A program made the position numbers and the translations under genes. Below are positions 60,381 through 64,000 of a DNA stretch of 64,000 nt, piece after piece. The stretch is from NCBI GenBank assembly GCA_002069975.1, contig MWCJ01000005.1, forward strand, positions 2,497-66,496, read 5' to 3'. The stretch is from Bacteroidetes bacterium ADurb.Bin217 (GTDB lineage Bacteria; Bacteroidota; Bacteroidia; Bacteroidales; UBA1715). Position 1 is the stretch's first letter. The number at the start of each line of letters is the position of its first letter. The notes beneath the pieces are model-generated. The model was not told the DNA's origin, made no database searches, and saw only the letters and a program-made list of their open reading frames with translations.

Positions 60381-61376
60381 ATGATTTATAATGAAATGAT
60401 TAATGAATTTGGATTTATAAAAGAAAAACCGAATTCAAATGTAAATCTTACAGAAGAAATTCGTAGGATAAAAAAAGAAAAAAATGCTATTATTTGTGCA
60501 CACTTTTATCAAACCGATGAAATTCAAGAAATAGCGGATTATATAGGCGATAGTTTAAAATTAGCTCAAATAGCCGAAAATAATACTGCCGATATTATTG
60601 TTTTAGCAGGAGTTCATTTTATGGCAGAAACGGCAAAAATATTGGCACCACATAAAAAAGTTCTTATTCCCGATTTGAATGCAGGATGTTCTTTAGCCGA
60701 TTCTTGTCCGTACGACGATTTTAAAACATTTAAAGATGCTCACCCTGACCATATAGTAATTTCCTATGTAAATACAACAGCGGCTATTAAAACGTTAACT
60801 GATGTTGTATGTACCTCATCAAATGCCGAACAAATTGTAAATTCTTTTCCAAAAAGTCAAAATATTATATTTGGACCCGATAGAAATTTAGGTCGTTATA
60901 TATCGCAAAAACTTAATAGAGAAATGCTTATATGGGATGGCGCATGTTCTGTACACGAAAAATTTTCGTTAGAAAAAATTTTACAACTCAAACAAGAATA
61001 TCCCAATGCTAAAATTTTAGCTCATCCGGAATGTACACAAGCTGTTTTAATGATAAGTGATTATATTGGTTCTACATCAAATATGCTTGAATATTCGAAA
61101 AAAGATTCAGCTAATGAATTTATAGTTGTTACCGAATCAGGAATTTTGTTTAAAATGCGTGAAGCAAGTCCTTCAAAAACATTTATCCCTGCTCCACCAA
61201 ATGATTCAACCTGTGCATGCAACGATTGTGAATTTATGAAATTGATTACCTTAGAAAAATTATATACTACATTGAAATATGAATTACCGGAAATTATATT
61301 ATCCAATGAAATTATAGAACAAGCAAAAAAACCAATTATACGTATGTTAGAAATTTCGAAACAACATGGACTTTAA
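60381..61376 (+). CDS. nadA: Quinolinate synthase
   Basis: 331 aa. HFYQ..EIQ, VHFMAETAKIL, and cluster-Cys contexts (AGCSLA, PECT, TCACNDC). Confidence 0.9.
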   Translation: MIYNEMINEFGFIKEKPNSNVNLTEEIRRIKKEKNAIICAHFYQTDEIQEIADYIGDSLKLAQIAENNTADIIVLAGVHFMAETAKILAPHKKVLIPDLNAGCSLADSCPYDDFKTFKDAHPDHIVISYVNTTAAIKTLTDVVCTSSNAEQIVNSFPKSQNIIFGPDRNLGRYISQKLNREMLIWDGACSVHEKFSLEKILQLKQEYPNAKILAHPECTQAVLMISDYIGSTSNMLEYSKKDSANEFIVVTESGILFKMREASPSKTFIPAPPNDSTCACNDCEFMKLITLEKLYTTLKYELPEIILSNEIIEQAKKPIIRMLEISKQHGL

Positions 61377-61382
61377 ATAATT

Positions 61383-62903
61383 ATGAATAATAAATTATTA
61401 CTTATTTATTTTTTTGTATTTTTTTATTGCTATTCGTATTCGCAAGAGATTGGTACGTATTATTATTCCGATAGTACAATATCCGCACAAGGAACAATAC
61501 GTAACGGAAAACCAGATGGATATTGGAAAAATTATTATCCATCGGGAATAGTAAAATCAGAAGGTAAACGTAGTAATTTTGAATTGGATAGTATTTGGAA
61601 GTTTTATTCGGAACAAGGTTTTATACAATCGGAAATATCATATTTTGAAGGAAAAAAGAATGGAGAATTTAAAGAATATATTGTAGAAAATGATTCAATA
61701 TATTTACATTCTATTACTATGTATGTTAATGATATAAAGCATGGTAAAGCATATATTTTTTCAAAAGGAAAATTACAAAAAATTATTCCATACGAACAAA
61801 ATAAACAACAAGGTCAAAGTTTTGAATTCGATGCTTCAGGCGAAATTTCGGCAATTGTAGTTTATAAAAATAATGAAATTGTTTCAAAACAATCTATAAA
61901 TAGAACCAATGTACAAGGTGAAAAACAAGGCACATGGATGGAATTTTATCCCAATGGAAATATAAAAACAGAGGCAAATTATTCGAATGGAAAATTGCAT
62001 GGTTTGTATAAATTGTTTAATTCACGTCAAGAATTATTGCAAGTAGGAAATTATGATGCCGATAGTTTGGTATATGCAAGTCAAATAATGGATGATTTCG
62101 AAGAACCGTTTGAAAAAAAAGAATGGTATAATGATTCTATTTTAAAATTTAAAGGAACCTACAAAGATATTGTACCTATTGGAGTTCATCGATTTTATAA
62201 CGAAAAAGGTGAAATAGTATCGGGATTGTTGTACGATTCTCAAGGTACAGTCATAGGAAAAGGAATTACTTTAGAAAATGGTAAAAAACAAGGAGCATGG
62301 ATTTTTTATTTTCCCGATGGTACCAAAGAATCAGAAGGATCGTTTTTGAACGATGAAAAAACAGGATTGTGGAAATTTTATTATCCTTCAGGAACTATAA
62401 AACAAGAAGGTAGTTTTACAAGAAATAAAATATCAGGATTTTGGAAATGGTATTCAGAAACCGGAGTTTTGCGAAAAGAAGAAAATTATATTGGTGGAAA
62501 AAAAAATGGACTTAGTGTACAATATGATGAACAAAAACAAATTGTAATAAAAGGCTTATATATTGATGATAAACAACATGATGAATGGATTTACAAAACC
62601 GGTGATATTATAACCAAGGCTGTATATGAATATGGTGACAAAACCAAAACATGGGAATCGCATTATAGTTCTGCCAAAACGCTTCAATTTCGTGGTTCTT
62701 ACTATATGGGAAAACCCAAAGGAAAACATGTGTATTATTATAACAACGGTAAATTGGAACACGAAGAAATTTACAAAAACGGCAAACCTGCCAAAGCCTG
62801 GTCGTACTATTCCTATCAAGGAGAATTACTGTATGTGGTGTATTACAAAAAAGGTGTAGAAGATAAGATTGTAACGGTTTCGAATAAACATGGGTTACAG
62901 TAA
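61383..62903 (+). CDS. MORN-variant (YwqK-type) repeat protein with a signal peptide
   Basis: At least 12 repeats of the pattern G.W..YY.NG....EG.Y..GK..G.W, after an N-terminal hydrophobic leader. Confidence 0.7.
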   Translation: MNNKLLLIYFFVFFYCYSYSQEIGTYYYSDSTISAQGTIRNGKPDGYWKNYYPSGIVKSEGKRSNFELDSIWKFYSEQGFIQSEISYFEGKKNGEFKEYIVENDSIYLHSITMYVNDIKHGKAYIFSKGKLQKIIPYEQNKQQGQSFEFDASGEISAIVVYKNNEIVSKQSINRTNVQGEKQGTWMEFYPNGNIKTEANYSNGKLHGLYKLFNSRQELLQVGNYDADSLVYASQIMDDFEEPFEKKEWYNDSILKFKGTYKDIVPIGVHRFYNEKGEIVSGLLYDSQGTVIGKGITLENGKKQGAWIFYFPDGTKESEGSFLNDEKTGLWKFYYPSGTIKQEGSFTRNKISGFWKWYSETGVLRKEENYIGGKKNGLSVQYDEQKQIVIKGLYIDDKQHDEWIYKTGDIITKAVYEYGDKTKTWESHYSSAKTLQFRGSYYMGKPKGKHVYYYNNGKLEHEEIYKNGKPAKAWSYYSYQGELLYVVYYKKGVEDKIVTVSNKHGLQ

Positions 62904-63019
62904 AAATTCAAAGAAATAGGTTTTTTTAAAATCGAATTCACCAAAATCATATGATTTATTATCATATATCTGCAACTAATTCACATAATGGTATTTGTAA
63001 ATTTTTCAAAACATTATCT

Positions 63020-63069
63020 TTCATTACCACAAAAAAACCTATTTTTGTATAAATAATTGTGGTAATGAA
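63020..63069. promoter_or_regulatory. Perfect 13-bp inverted repeat bracketing the ruvB -7 box and overlapping the ruvB start codon (operator-like)
   Basis: TTCATTACCACAA (63020..63032) and TTGTGGTAATGAA (63057..63069) are exact reverse complements with a 24-bp spacer. The spacer contains TATTTTTG, and the right arm contains the ATG. Confidence 0.45.
63040..63047 (+). promoter_or_regulatory. Bacteroidota -7 promoter box for ruvB
   Basis: TATTTTTG lies 18 nt upstream of the ATG at 63065. Confidence 0.4.
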
Positions 63070-64000
63070 TTCAAACTTAGATCCCGAACATATTTCAAAC
63101 AACGATAAAGAATTTGAGCGAGCATTGCGACCACTCGAATTCTCTGATTTTAAAGGTCAGCAAAAGGTTGTTGATAATTTGAAAGTGTTTGTGCAAGCTG
63201 CCAAAATGCGTGGCGAATCTATGGATCATGTGCTATTGCATGGACCTCCCGGGTTGGGAAAAACTACCTTATCGAACATTATTGCCAACGAACTTGGGGT
63301 ACAAATGAAAATTACCTCGGGTCCTGTGCTCGACAAACCCGGCGACTTGGCTGGTTTGCTTACCAATTTAGAAGAAAACGATGTGTTGTTTATCGACGAA
63401 ATTCATCGCTTATCGCCTGTGGTCGAAGAATATTTGTATTCGGCAATGGAAGATTTTAGAATAGACATAATGATAGACAAAGGTCCAAGTGCTCGGTCGG
63501 TACAACTTACCCTCAATCCGTTTACTTTGGTTGGTGCTACTACTCGTTCCGGTTTGCTTACAAGCCCTTTACGAGCTCGATTTGGTATTACTTGTTTATT
63601 AGAATATTACGATGCGGAATTGTTGACAAATATTATTATGCGTTCTGCAAAAATTTTACAAGTGCCTATAGAAACAAAAGCAGCATACGAAATCGCTTCG
63701 CGTAGTCGTGGTACACCACGTATTGCAAATGCGTTATTACGAAGAGTTCGCGATTTTGCTCAGGTAAAAGGTAATGGAAACATTGATATTGAAATTACTA
63801 AATATTCGCTCGAAGCTCTTAATATCGATGCCTATGGCTTAGACGAAATGGATAATAAAATTTTGTGCACTATCATAGATAAATTCAATGGTGGTCCGGT
63901 TGGCTTAAATACTATAGCTACTGCCGTGGGCGAAGATGCCGGAACTATTGAAGAAGTGTATGAGCCATTTTTGATAAAAGAAGGATTTATGCAACGTACT
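63065..64000 (+). CDS. ruvB: Holliday junction branch-migration helicase RuvB (first 312 codons; continues past the right edge)
   Basis: Absent from the ORF track because no stop lies in the window. Hand translation gives [79 protein letters not shown]...LFIDEIHRL...[19 protein letters not shown]...[13 protein letters not shown]. The frame is open to 64000. Confidence 0.93.
   Translation, partial: MNSNLDPEHISNNDKEFERALRPLEFSDFKGQQKVVDNLKVFVQAAKMRGESMDHVLLHGPPGLGKTTLSNIIANELGVQMKITSGPVLDKPGDLAGLLTNLEENDVLFIDEIHRLSPVVEEYLYSAMEDFRIDIMIDKGPSARSVQLTLNPFTLVGATTRSGLLTSPLRARFGITCLLEYYDAELLTNIIMRSAKILQVPIETKAAYEIASRSRGTPRIANALLRRVRDFAQVKGNGNIDIEITKYSLEALNIDAYGLDEMDNKILCTIIDKFNGGPVGLNTIATAVGEDAGTIEEVYEPFLIKEGFMQRT

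Noticed and set aside
62914-63044. A 14-bp perfect inverted repeat AAATAGGTTTTTTT ... AAAAAAACCTATTT separated by about 103 nt.
   Set aside because: Half of each arm is a homopolymer run and the arms are far apart. I judged it low-complexity coincidence, unlike the inner 13-bp palindrome.

Overview
This window is a low-GC chromosomal segment that looks like Bacteroidota. Three things support that: many genes are preceded by the Bacteroidota -7 promoter box TAnnTTTG, almost none have a Shine-Dalgarno sequence, and several secreted proteins carry T9SS-type C-terminal tails.

The left edge carries a complete anaerobe-type Mo-nitrogenase operon on the minus strand: nifH-nifI1-nifI2-nifD-nifK-nifE-nifN. 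nifN runs off the window and is absent from the ORF track. I recovered it by hand translation.

About 8 kb away lies an unlinked NifA-like gene (GAF domain, sigma-54 activator core, HTH). The remainder is mostly housekeeping:
- Metabolism: trpB, dapL, thyA, dxr, rluD, guaB, panE, rnhA, rpiB, lutB, class I fumarate hydratase, coaD, nadA.
- Envelope and folding: a SurA/PPIase cluster, rseP, pgeF, yraN.
- Replication and translation: polA, prfA, and a partial ruvB at the right edge.
- Transport: a CLC-F-type fluoride antiporter and a CDF transporter without its cytoplasmic domain.
- Polysaccharide degradation and signalling: a 1219-aa CE4-CBM-GH8 xylan-active multidomain enzyme followed by a two-component system.
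- Several T9SS and hypothetical envelope proteins.

I found no CRISPR array, rRNA, tRNA, transposase, integrase or recognisable defence module, and I cannot honestly point to a clear new multi-gene system.

The most unusual signals are regulatory and structural, and concentrate around nif:
- Strong AGGAGG ribosome-binding sites occur only on nifH, nifI1 and nifD.
- A near-consensus sigma-54 promoter sits next to a 10-bp inverted repeat.
- An orphan terminator-like hairpin lies upstream of nifH.
- A 13-bp hairpin lies between nifK and nifE.
- A precise 9-bp tandem repeat abuts the nifN start codon.

Outside nif, there are three further signals: an operator-like palindrome bracketing the ruvB promoter and start codon, and two oversized ORF-free spacers, one holding a candidate structured element and the other an over-represented motif.

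Motif coordinates located by eye may be off by 1-2 nt, because homopolymer runs are hard to count. CDS coordinates follow the ORF track, with start codons re-chosen where an internal ATG fits the family better.
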